A stretch of DNA of 64,000 nt, from the NCBI GenBank assembly GCA_002811645.1, contig PDIP01000044.1, positions 4,286 to 68,285 of the forward strand. Reading direction: 5' to 3'. Numbering within the stretch: the stretch's first letter is position 1; each line of letters opens with the position of its first letter. The position numbers and the translations under genes are program-made. This document shows positions 32,585 to 43,521 of the stretch, in pieces. The notes under the pieces are model-generated. The model made no database searches. It was not told the origin of the DNA and worked only from the letters and a program-made list of their open reading frames with translations. This DNA is from Corallochytrium limacisporum Hawaii. Taxonomy: Eukaryota > Protista > Pluriformea.

Positions 32585-34573
32585 GGTGTTCCTTATTGGA
32601 TTATGTATCGTGGACAGTCGGTTAGGTTATCACATACTGGTATAATGAGCACAGTTTCCTTTTGACTGGTCTTCGTGGTATTACATTCTCTCCGCCAGGT
32701 GGTCCTGCGACGAACACTTTTGGCATGCCCACACTTCCTGTGTTTCTTCTTAAGTAGCAACAGGAGGCCACCCAAACAATGACCCGAGGTTTCCTACCCG
32801 ACTCCCCGTCGTTCGCTTGAGCGGAGGAAAATCAAATCAAATAATATTCAAGAATCTGCATGTAAATGCATTTGCGAGCTCACTTGTACTCTAGCGGAAT
32901 CAAAAACTATTACAATTCAATGACTACGCGCGCATAGTAAATCTGAGATTTTATATATCAGTTATACTAAATCAAATAGACTCCTACCGGTGTCGGACGG
33001 ATGAGCAAAGCACTAAAAGCACCTCAAAACGGGGCGGTCGTGTACACAAAGGTTAATAAGGGTTTCGGTACCCAAAAAAAAAGGGAGGGGGGAGGGGGTT
33101 GGAGAAGGGAGGACCTGCGTAAGATATCTCGAGGGTCCCTAGAACAGTTTGCGATGAAATCCCGTCATCGCAGAAGGGTCCCCTGCTTGGTGGTGGTGTC
33201 GGTCGATCTCCCGGAAACATGTTTCATTTTTCAGAGGGCCTTGGATGCCGGTGCACGCCTCGGGTCGTGCTAGTTTCCATACTGGCTCTGTGAGCAAATT
33301 CCTTGAAGGAGCACGGACACATCTTCGTTCGAAAGTGGGACCATCAGCAGACCCCCCCCTTTTCATCCAGAGCATGAGTGTGACGAGCCTTTCAAAATTA
33401 AGATTGTGTGCCAAACGTGAGGTTTGCGCATACTCACTGACCTGCCTTCTCTCACACGCATTGGACAGTACGGCACAAACAAAACCTCACCTCACACACG
33501 TACACAAAGCGCGTCATAGTTTTTACTTTCTGCTGGCCGCAGCCATACCTTGCTCTGTCAACGTGGAAGCCCAACTGGCCGACCGTTTGCTGCGCACACG
33601 ACCGAGACGATCGGTCGTATAGGCGTTGTTATTGCATACCTGGGCGTGGACGAAGGTCGGGTAAACCAAGTTCTCAGGGTTTGTCCGGGTTGTGCACTTG
33701 AATTCGTTTGTGGCGAACGGATGCTAGTCGAAAACTAGGTATCAGAAGCCACAGGATGTGATGTTCCTTCGAACCGACAACCAGCCCAGACGAACATGTA
33801 CACAATACGCACAATACAACGGTCAAGCCCGTATTCGAGTGTCACCACCAGGTATCTATCCATCGCCGCGGTGTTGTTGTCTGTGCTTGGATCATGCCTG
33901 TCTGAAGGAAAGATTAAGGAGTGGCAGATGTCCACCAACACCAAGCTGCATGCCCAGTTGCTCAGTGGCTTGTCAAATCCAGACCCTTTAGAAACTCGAG
34001 GTGCGCTCGCCACCCACTCGCACTCACTCCGCCAGTAGCGAGTGGAGAGAGCGACCGAGCGGGGCAGCCAAAGGCGGCTAATGCTGGTAGTATGACCGAA
34101 GAGACCTGGGGGGGGGAGCGGCGGGACGGGAGGGGAGTGTACGGGGTTGCGTGCGTAGGCGGTGCTCGGAGGAGAGAGAGCCGTCGTCAAAAGAGCCGAA
34201 ATGTTAGTCTGAGAAGGGGGAGGATTAAAATTTGGGCGACGAATGGAAAATGGGGGGCCCAGAGGAATGGGATGAGCCACTGCTCTGCTTTGTGCACCAG
34301 GGGAGGAGGGGGGGGGGGTTGGGGGAACCCACAAAGGAAGGCAAGGAAAGGGAAGGAAAAGAAGAGTGTCTGGGCGCCGGGCAGTGCAGCATAGCACTTG
34401 TAGCGGGCCATTGAGGAGACTTATGGTTCCTTCTTGTCCTGCTCTTCTCTCAAGGGTACTTAAGGTTGGACAGACTCGTTTGCCATGAGTTAGAGGTGAG
34501 GAGCTTTAGAAAACAACTTGTTTCCGTTACTTCCATATTCAAGCAGAGCAGAACGAATTGAAGAGAACAAATC

Positions 34574-35980
34574 ATGTCACGGACCGGTAGAGCGGCACGG
34601 GCGTCCGAGGACCCGACTGATCATAAGTACATTCTCTATGGTGGCCAATTCAGTCCATTCCTGCACAAACTGCGCCCTGCCCTGTCTCGCGCAGGCCTGC
34701 CTTACAAAAAGGCCCCAAATATTGATGGAAACATTACGTATGGGGAGCTGGACAGCGCTCACAAACGCGTGCAGGCGATGAAGAAGAAGAACAAGCCGGA
34801 CGTGCCGGAGAATTGGATTCCGGACATGGATGAGTTCCCGCTTGCTCCGTACCTCCTCAGAGATGACGGCATGGACCTCGTTGATTCGACGGCTATCATT
34901 CACTGGGCGGACAAAACATTCGACAGTTCTATGGTCCCGAGGGTACCCGACGCCGGCCGAAGTCGACACTACTCCGAGGCTCTGCGCTGGGTCGCGATGT
35001 GCCTTGAGGAGTTGCCTGACGAATGGGGCCAGTGCCTTGCTCTACACCAACGCTGGGTCTACTCTGGGGACACAGTCTTTGCTGGTGAAGGCATTGTCGA
35101 AGAAATTGCGGCAGGATTCGGGCTGCCGACCTATGCAATTAGTCCGCACAATCCCACCATCCAAGACAGTCGACAGCTTCCTGGCTGGCGCGGATGGTTT
35201 GCTTCGGCAGTCTCGATAGTCCTTCTTCCCGTAATGTGGCTGTTGGTCTACTTGTTCGACCGTCGACAGATCACCCGGCTGCCCTACCATAACAGTTTCG
35301 CACCAAAAGGTTTCAAGCCTCTAAAGGCAGGGCGACCTGCGCCACCGTCTTGGGAGGACGAGGGTTTCCCTCCTACACATAAAATGCTCGAGGATGGCTA
35401 CCTCGGGTTCTGTCAGGGTGTCGAGGATGCTTTAACCTCAGATGGTCGTCCATTCATCATGGGCCAGCGATTCACAATCGTGGATGCCAGCTGCTTTGGC
35501 GTGCTGTACATGAAGCACTTCAGCGACGTGCGGACGCGCAAGGACATGGTGGAACGATACCCGAAGCTGTGCCAATGGATCGATCGGGTGGAGACCCTGA
35601 CGGAGAAGCGAGATCGCTTCGATGCCGGCTGGGGACCCGATGATGGACAGTTGAACATGGACGGACTGCAGTCATTAATGAGAGAGAACACTGAATGTCA
35701 GTTCCCGCTGATCTTTACACAGGTCAAGGAGTACGAGAAGTACAGGGCTCAGGGACAGACACTTTTCAACGAAGCGGCCCTCAACAAACGCGAAGCGCTC
35801 TACTACGGCGAGATTCGCGGCCACAGGTACCGCCATGTCGTAAAGACGTTCCAGGTGAAGGTTGCTTATCGTCTTCGTGATCAATGGGAGGAGCTCAGTG
35901 ATGGAGCCCGAACCCTGATTAAGGACAAGTTTGGCGATCCCTGGCGTTGCGTCGATCCGGCTGTGCAGCCCAGGGTCTAA
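34574..35980 (+). CDS. Glutathione S-transferase-like protein of bacterial type
   Basis: LYGGQFSPFLHK, P-x-x-P, DSTAIIHW (GST N domain). DEWG..LHQRW and PFIMGQRFTIVDAS (GST C domain). Extra C-terminal FNEAA..LYYGEI..VVKTFQVKV extension. Confidence 0.8.
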   Translation: MSRTGRAARASEDPTDHKYILYGGQFSPFLHKLRPALSRAGLPYKKAPNIDGNITYGELDSAHKRVQAMKKKNKPDVPENWIPDMDEFPLAPYLLRDDGMDLVDSTAIIHWADKTFDSSMVPRVPDAGRSRHYSEALRWVAMCLEELPDEWGQCLALHQRWVYSGDTVFAGEGIVEEIAAGFGLPTYAISPHNPTIQDSRQLPGWRGWFASAVSIVLLPVMWLLVYLFDRRQITRLPYHNSFAPKGFKPLKAGRPAPPSWEDEGFPPTHKMLEDGYLGFCQGVEDALTSDGRPFIMGQRFTIVDASCFGVLYMKHFSDVRTRKDMVERYPKLCQWIDRVETLTEKRDRFDAGWGPDDGQLNMDGLQSLMRENTECQFPLIFTQVKEYEKYRAQGQTLFNEAALNKREALYYGEIRGHRYRHVVKTFQVKVAYRLRDQWEELSDGARTLIKDKFGDPWRCVDPAVQPRV

Positions 35981-36195
35981 TCGACCGCTGGAGATGAGCG
36001 TAACAACCGAAATAAACCCACCAGTGTGTTGTCATGAAAAGAGCAATGAATAGTATGTAATGGCATGTTGTAATTCTGTTTTGAAATCGTCGAGTAAAAA
36101 GAAGGAAAGGAGTTTTCGTGGGTTTTGGGCTTGAACCATACTTTTTTCTCTTTTTGTCTTGTGCTCTATCTTTGTTTTTCCGATATTACCAGTGA

Positions 36196-38073
36196 TCAGC
36201 TTATGGTCAGCTTGGAAATATCCACACAAGGTTCAGCGTTGTACTTTGTGACTGTCTTGACTGCCCGGCGAATCATTTCGTTGAATACTTGTTGCACGCG
36301 GGCCCCCGACAGCAACGTGAACCCGTAGGCATGGCTCACCAAAATGCGGTTCTGTCCCACCGAAGAGGCGCGCACCTTGCGTTCAAAGACAAACGCTTGA
36401 CCATCAGGACTCTTGGCAACGTGGATGCCCGTGTACACCTCACCGTTGGAGATGACTTTCTCCATGGCCTGATTAATAAGAATCACGGCATCACGTGGAA
36501 TGCGGTAACTGGCCACCATGGCACTGGCTGGCTTCCCAATCAGCTCTGCGGCCGGCACGCAGAAGACCGTGGTCCACATCTGATCAACGTAGCCAATGCG
36601 GGTCGAGCTGGGAATCTCACTATTCTCGTCGTACGTCAGTTCAATGACCGCAGTCGCGACAAGACCCTCGGCCTCTTCCTTTCCAATGGACTTGAGCAGC
36701 GGGTCGCGACGCTTGAAACTGTCCAAACGTTCCTCGGCACGTACTACGCTGCCCGGTCGGTGAGGCACCAAATTACTGGCTGTTTTAGATCCTGGTGGTC
36801 CCGTGCGCATACCTTTCTGTTGCATCTGCACATGCTGCAGCTTAGCCTTGGTTTCTTCCAGCTCCTTGCGCAGTTCAGTGATCAGTGCGGCCGCCGCGGT
36901 GACCATCTGTGCCTTGGAAGGTGGTCCCTTGGTGTCCAGCTCAGGGAGTACGGCCTGTAGCTCATTGAAGGCTTCCTTAAGACGATGTCGACTGCGAGCC
37001 TCGGCTGCCTTGTGAGCTTCGTTGCGATTGAATTCAATAGTGGCCTGATCCAGTTCCTCACCATCCTTGCCCCGCTTTGTGTTCTTCTTGATGACGCCAG
37101 TGCTCTTGCGACTCGATGTCTCGTCGGACGGCGAGTTCTTCAGTTTGCTCTTACTGTCAGCGGTTTCACTCTCCGGCGACTTGGACCCCGCCTTACGAAG
37201 GAAATTGGGCACGCGGCTGAACGGATGGAAGCGTTTGGACTTGCTCGCGCCCGCGTCACTATCGGCCATCATTACATCGCTGGTACTCTCGCCCATGTTA
37301 CCAGCCCCGCGTGGAGATGCACCTTGCATCTGTGCTTTCAATCCTTTCATGGGACCACCGGCACCGGAGGTGTCCATACCTCCTGCACCGTGCATGTGCC
37401 CGGGGTGCAACGCACGGCCGCGATCCACGTCAAACTCGGGCAGATCCAGGTTCTCCCAGAGCAAGGCCAGATCATCCGCTTCCCCGAGGTAGTCCTGCTG
37501 CTGTCCTTCTCCGCCGGCAGCTCCACCAGCGCCGCCGTTCATGGAACCATTACCACCACCCTGAGCGAAGGGTTTATGGAACATTTCGTTGTCCACGGGA
37601 CCGGCAGAGCCGTCTGCACTTGGCGAGGCATCGCCCAGAGTGTTCATGAGGTCCTCCAAGTGCGCACTCACATTGGCGTAGCCTGCACGGGCAGATGCGG
37701 GCGGGGCCAGCAGCGACATCAGTGCAGGATCCTGGTTACGCATCTCTGCCCCGCTGGCAAAGATGGACTTGGTCGAAGCCGGACGTTGTGGCTTAAAGTA
37801 CTCACCGTTGCCTCGGGTGACAATAATGACACTGTTCGGCATGCAGTAGTGCAAGTTGTCGATTTCCTGACCCTGTGAAGTGTACAGCTTCGGAGGCAAC
37901 ATAAAATCAGTTGCTGGTCCCATTTCTCCGTAGACCAAGCGGTACATTTCCATAGCCACTTCGTTCAAATCCCGGTTCGGATCGACACTGTAGTCGATAG
38001 CTACGCCTGTACCCAATGGCAAGGGCACATTGGGATACAGTCTCACGGGGACACCACCCGGCACACCGTTCAT
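36196..38073 (-). CDS. bHLH-leucine zipper transcription factor with N-terminal doublecortin-like domain and C-terminal PAS domain
   Basis: bHLH HKAAEARSRHRLKEAFNELQAVLP..SKAQMV..ITEL plus a short zipper. PAS-like IGYVDQMWTTVFCVPAAELIGKP..GEVYTG..SPDGQAF. DCX-like VRLYPN..KLYTSQGQEI..GEYFK. Confidence 0.85.
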   Translation of the reverse strand: MNGVPGGVPVRLYPNVPLPLGTGVAIDYSVDPNRDLNEVAMEMYRLVYGEMGPATDFMLPPKLYTSQGQEIDNLHYCMPNSVIIVTRGNGEYFKPQRPASTKSIFASGAEMRNQDPALMSLLAPPASARAGYANVSAHLEDLMNTLGDASPSADGSAGPVDNEMFHKPFAQGGGNGSMNGGAGGAAGGEGQQQDYLGEADDLALLWENLDLPEFDVDRGRALHPGHMHGAGGMDTSGAGGPMKGLKAQMQGASPRGAGNMGESTSDVMMADSDAGASKSKRFHPFSRVPNFLRKAGSKSPESETADSKSKLKNSPSDETSSRKSTGVIKKNTKRGKDGEELDQATIEFNRNEAHKAAEARSRHRLKEAFNELQAVLPELDTKGPPSKAQMVTAAAALITELRKELEETKAKLQHVQMQQKGMRTGPPGSKTASNLVPHRPGSVVRAEERLDSFKRRDPLLKSIGKEEAEGLVATAVIELTYDENSEIPSSTRIGYVDQMWTTVFCVPAAELIGKPASAMVASYRIPRDAVILINQAMEKVISNGEVYTGIHVAKSPDGQAFVFERKVRASSVGQNRILVSHAYGFTLLSGARVQQVFNEMIRRAVKTVTKYNAEPCVDISKLTIS

Positions 38074-38257
38074 GTTGCTGTTATGTCCCAGAATATTGAC
38101 TGTGTGTACAATCTACCGTCTGCAAATGAAAATCGCAATTATTTCTGTTTTGGCTTCTCACAGAAATATGCTCGTTTAGATCTTTTTATTGTAGCTCACA
38201 GAAGTTGTCCCTGGCTTCCCTAATTTGTCGAATAGAGGAGTGGGTCCGCAGTTTTGT

Positions 38258-38263
38258 CACGTG
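38258..38263. promoter_or_regulatory. Candidate E-box CACGTG upstream of the bHLH gene
   Basis: TCACGTG lies about 185 bp upstream of the ATG at 38073. A single hexamer can occur by chance. Confidence 0.25.
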
Positions 38264-39814
38264 TATTCTTTGGAGTCGTCCCTCATACGTGTTCCGGTGT
38301 TCGTACCAATTATAGATCACATAAGTGTTGTAATTTCATACCTTTTCTGGAGCGTACTTGAAGGTGACATGTGTTCGCAAATTGTCATTAGTCCTGTTGC
38401 TTCCATTGCATGCTGTCTGTGCTGAAGAAAACCCTTACAAGACAAAATGAACAGTACAGGCTACGGAAAGATGCATGTGCACACAATTGGCACCAAATGT
38501 TTGACATCTACGCACCCACACCGCCCAGAAAAATGATCCCAGATCGCCTAATGGTCGGGACGTCATTACAGCATCACCCCAAACAATTTTTTCCATTGTT
38601 TTTGTAAGGAAAACCGGCGCATCCCCTATCGCTCCGGCGATTCATTCCTCCCGGGGTGAGGAGGAGGGAGGGAACGAGGGAGGGTGGGGTGCGTGAGTGT
38701 GAGTGTGTGTCCTTTCCGCTCTTCCCTTCCCCGGGTACACCCTCCCTCCCCCCTCCCTCTCTCCTTCTCTCTCTCTCTCTCTCTGTGGGGATGGCCTTGC
38801 AGCCTTGCGGTCCCCGCTCTTTTTCCTCTGTGTCTGTGTGTGTGTATGGATCAGTCCCTTTTGAAACAAAGAGAAAAAAATTCGGGCAAGACCACAGGAA
38901 CCAAAATATCAGGCTGGGGGCAAGCGCGGGCAAAATGGAGGGAAGAGAGGAAAGGGGGGGGGGTCCAGGCTTCGACGAAACGGGAAGGACAGGTGAGGTC
39001 CAGAGTATTGAATTTTGTTTAAATTTTCTTCACACTTTCCCCCCTCCCCCCACCTCCTCTCCCTAGGCCCTGCGCTTCCTTCCTTGCTTCCTTCTTTTTA
39101 TCCCTTCCTTCCACTGAAAAAAAATGGGAAACCGTGCTCTGTCTCCAAACCGTCACAAGACCCCTCCTGCATTTTCTATACGCCTGTGCCCAACGGCGCA
39201 ACCCTGCCGTAATTCGCACCTCTCCCTTCCCGGCGGCGGGAGACGGACCGCCGCCCGGGGGGGGGGTGGTCCCTTCTCCTCCTTCCCCGCGGCTCTCGGA
39301 GAGCAAGCGGGAGACTCCCTTTTCCTTCCACGCAAAAGAACAAAAGGCCTCGAACTCTCTCTCTCTCTCTCTTGTGGCTCATGTGAATTTTTCGATTGAT
39401 TTCTTGCCTTTCCGTCGTTTTCGTCCCCCTTACCCTTGCTCACGGTCCCCTCCCTGAGAATGGCTTTTTCAGGACCGGTGTGTGGTATTTTTGTCCTTTC
39501 TGTCTGTGTTGTCTACCGCCTGCCTTGGTATTTTACTTTTTGATTCCCTCAATTTGCAGGAATCCCGAGTGTTTCACCACGGCGGAAGGAGGGGGGGAGG
39601 GGCCACCTCCCCGCTCAAAAGGCACCTTACTTTTATCGTCCTGCCATCGTGGTTTCTTTCTTTTTTTTTGCTTTGAAGCATGCCTTGCAGGGGGACTACT
39701 GTCTGTTCATACCGTGTACTGGCTGTCTTGTCATTTTGGTCTCTTTCTTCTGTTGACTGTGCGTTGTAATCATTGGCATCCATCAATCGAATCGATGGAA
39801 GGCCCGCAGATGAC

Positions 39815-39834
39815 GGTGTGTGTGTGTGTGTGTG
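39815..39834. repeat. (GT)n microsatellite
   Basis: Direct observation. Confidence 0.85.
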
Positions 39835-40133
39835 TCTGGGAAGAAACGGCCGGTTGTGAAAACACTGCTGCTGCCTTTGATTTTCTCCTCCCCCGAGCGG
39901 GAGCGTTGTGGTGGTAGTGTGTAGCAGACGTTCCACTGTGGCCCTGTGTTTGGGGTGTTTGTGGGTGCCGATGGGGTGAATGTGAGACATGGCCATGAAT
40001 ACACTAACATCACGTCCACGATCTCCGGTTTTGCGTAATACCGGTGTCATGCTGCCGGACGTTGCGCGCTTACTGGAGTGGTTTGGTTTGGTGTCTTGTG
40101 AGCGCGGGATGTCTCTGTGTCTCTGTGTGTGTG

Positions 40134-40210
40134 AGTAGTAGTAGTAGAAGTAGAAGTAGAAGTACTAGTAGTAGTCGTAGTACTAGTAGTAGTAGTAGTA
40201 GTAGAAGTAG
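40134..40210. repeat. Imperfect (AGT)n microsatellite
   Basis: AGT repeats interrupted by AGA/ACT/CGT. Confidence 0.9.
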
Positions 40211-40423
40211 GCTTTCCCGGCCCTTCTCACCTCCTCTCTCTCCCCTTGCAATGTTGGGCCTTACCTTATGCCACGGTTTAAGGCAGAATTTGGGTCTGCA
40301 TCCGATAAGCATCGACGGCGGTCTGGGCTTGTGTTTTGCTTGGGTTTTTCTTTACTTTTTGTTACTTTTTGTTAGAGTTTTTCCTTCGAAACCCTTTGTG
40401 GTTGCAATTCAGGGGCCGGGGTC

Positions 40424-40451
40424 GTGGTGGTGGTGGTGGTGGTGGTGGTGG
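40424..40451. repeat. (TGG)n microsatellite
   Basis: About 9 tandem TGG units. Confidence 0.9.
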
Positions 40452-41999
40452 AACAAAGAGGACTGGGAGTATGATATGAATACACTTAAGATAGGAACTC
40501 ACAACTTCAGGCGCACGCGAGGTTTGTTTTTTTTTTTTTTTGGTGGACCAAGGCCGAAAAATAGCCACCACCACCACCCCTCCTCTCCTTTGGGGAGGAG
40601 AGAAAGAAGAAAGGGGCTGGGGTAGGACAAGACATAGAGGCATATGGCTCCAAAGCACCCAAAGTGCAAAGTTTGGGAACGGTTGCGTCCACAAACGAAT
40701 GATTTGGGCAGGGAGAGGAGGTTGGGGGGGAGGGGAAAGAAGGGAGGAAGGAACTAGTTCGGGGGTCCTGAGCATGCTATGCGGTGCAGGGTGCTGCTAT
40801 GGTGAATGTATGAGATCTCTAGCGCAAGCTCCAAGCCCGCGCCAATTTTTTCTTGGTGTTTTCCTCTTCTTCTTCTCCTCACCGGGTTCCTATACACCAA
40901 TAAAATACAGTGAGGAATCGTGCTCCAGCCTCTTCTTTCCCGATTGATTAGGTCAACCTAAAAAAGATTTCACGCCGCTGTTACCCACCTTTCCCGCCCG
41001 GCAGTACGGCCGGTATGGCAGTATATGGTATGCCTTGGGCCAGTTTGGTTGGGGTTGGTTCTACTGAACGGATCGGTCCGAGATCGAAAGCGAAAAAGAG
41101 AGGGAGGGGGGGGGGGGGGGAGAGGTGAGTGAGTGGGGAAGAGTGGGCGGGAGAGTTGGGGAGGATGTGTGAAGCGCGCCAGCGGGGCGGGGTGGGGCGC
41201 AAAGGCCGCCTTACGCAGCAGAAAAATGGCTTCCAAATTAAAATCAGACTCCCGTTTGCCCCTGCAGTGAAGAAGGGGAGGGGGGTGACTTGGCCGATTA
41301 CCAACTTTTTTGGCCATTGTACTGCATACCCACTCTCTCTGTTCTTGCCTACCAGCGCCGGATCAAAGTCCCCCAAGGCACAAAAAGTTTTCTTTGTTGG
41401 TGGTAGTGGTACAGTGTACTTGATCAAACGGCAGGACAAAAAGGCAAGTGCGAGACATGTGAGATATATATATATATGGAGATTGAAAGAGGGTTTGGTC
41501 CCTTCCCAATCATGAATACGGCGGGACACTTTCCTTTACTATTTTGTTTTTGTTTTGACGGGACGGGAATGTTTAGCCTCTCATTTAGTGGTATATTATG
41601 TATCGCGGATATCCACACCATCGATCCTGTCGGGAGTCTATTTTGCCGACAGGGAGACCCCAACATACCCTCCCACCAGGAAAGCAAAAACACGGGAGAA
41701 CTGTGGGCCCATGCAAATGAAGAGGAAAAAATGGGCCTGTTCGGAGCTCGGTTAGGTGGAAATCCGCGAGATGGAATACGAACCAGAGCGAGTAAGAAAT
41801 ACAAGGAAAAAAATAGGGAAAAAAAAAGGAAAATACATAATGCAGGAATTCCTGTCACGTCCCCCGGACCCCGACTTGGGAAAAAGAGAAAAAAATGGAT
41901 GGAAAGGGAACGACAAAGTTTTGGCATAGCCGGTCTGTTGAGGAAAAAGGGCAGGGCGGGAGAAGGAAAGGGGGCCAAGGGAAGGGGAGCGGGGAGAGT

Positions 42000-42039
<40 letters not shown>

Positions 42040-42112
42040 AGAGGGACAAGAGAGAGGGGGTGGGGAAGGCCGGGGAGGGGGAGGTAGTTGATCGGGCGCA
42101 ATGGAGACAAAA
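42000..42112 (+). repeat. (GA)n plus 70-bp unique tail; copy 1 of a direct repeat
   Basis: Matches 43339-43451 apart from one substitution, including the same GG interruption in the GA tract. Confidence 0.9.
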
Positions 42113-43293
42113 GTAGAATAATCAACCTTTCCTTTTCTCACACCACACCCGGTTTTCGTACCATTGCGCAGCATAAGGGACTCCCAATTCCATACCTGCA
42201 CTATACGATCTCTCCCACACACGTCCACAGCCACAGGCCTCTGTGTACCTTCCGTACCTTTTCATTTGCAGCAATTCTTCATTACCACCAATGTCCATGT
42301 TGCACGACTCCGTCTGCTGTTTCTCATTGTCTCGGTATACGTACAGTGATGTTATTTTTGCACAGTTGGGGGTATTCCGGTTCCCTGAGAAGTGACAAAG
42401 CATGTGAATAGGAAACCTGGACCCCGCCAGCCCCCCCCCCCTCCCCGGGGGAGAGGGGAGCTCGGATGGCAAAAGCAGCAGAAGAAGGCATGTCCAGCCC
42501 GGCTCAGTTTGTCGAACATTTAGTACTGGAACTTAGCTGGGAGAATGTGGAAAGGTTATGAAGAGGACTGCCAACCCCCCCCCCCGGGCGGGACGCTCTC
42601 CTCTCTCTCTCTCTCGCGGCTGCTGGTGGACACTTTGACTGCCGTTTACGTAGTAGCGTGAGTGTGAGACCGACGGAGGGCCTCCGCGGGGGGGGGGTGT
42701 GTTGTACCGGAAAGCGATAAATGGTGTGAAAATTCTTCTTTTCTATTCGTTTGCTTTTCTAGCCCCTGGGCGGCATGTCTGCTGAGTTTTGTTACCCCGA
42801 TTGGATCGCATCGGTGGAGAAAAAACACGGGAACTCGATAGCGTGTGTTGTATTTCATACTGAATGTGCCAGATGTTTTGTAGAGATAGCAATTTTGCCT
42901 CGGAGTGCCCGCAAACACTCAGTACGAAAGGACGTTCACACCGGGCACACGGGCGTGAATTTCTTGTGTCTCATTCTGGCTATGGAATTCGCACCATCGC
43001 GCGAGACGGGACGGCTCGCTTGGCCACGAATGACGAAAAGGGTAAGGAACGGTGTTGAAACGGAGAGGGAAGTTATGTGTTTTTTCTTTCTTTCTTGCTT
43101 GGGGAATTCATGGATGTCAGTGTTTGTATAATTAATGTATGGAGCATAAAGTGGGAAGAATCGTGATAACTCCGAATACCGGTGGTTCTGGTGCATGGCT
43201 GTGGTTAGGCTTCCGAAAGGCCCTTGTTTTCTCAAGTTTTCCTTTTTTCTCTCTTTGTTTGCACGGCGCGCTCGGGAGAAAGGACCAAAGAAA

Positions 43294-43296
<3 letters not shown>

Positions 43297-43378
<82 letters not shown>

Positions 43379-43453
43379 AGAGGGACAAGAGAGAGGGGGT
43401 GGGGAAGGCCGGGGAGGGGGAGGGAGTTGATCGGGCGCAATGGAGACAAAAAA

Positions 43454-43510
<57 letters not shown>

Positions 43511-43521
43511 GAGCGAGAGAG
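43297..43521 (+). repeat. Long (GA)n tracts enclosing copy 2 of the direct repeat (43339-43451)
   Basis: Direct observation. Confidence 0.9.

Noticed and set aside
36310-36650. PAS domain as a LOV photoreceptor (aureochrome-like)
   Set aside because: It lacks the GxNCRFLQ flavin-adduct motif.
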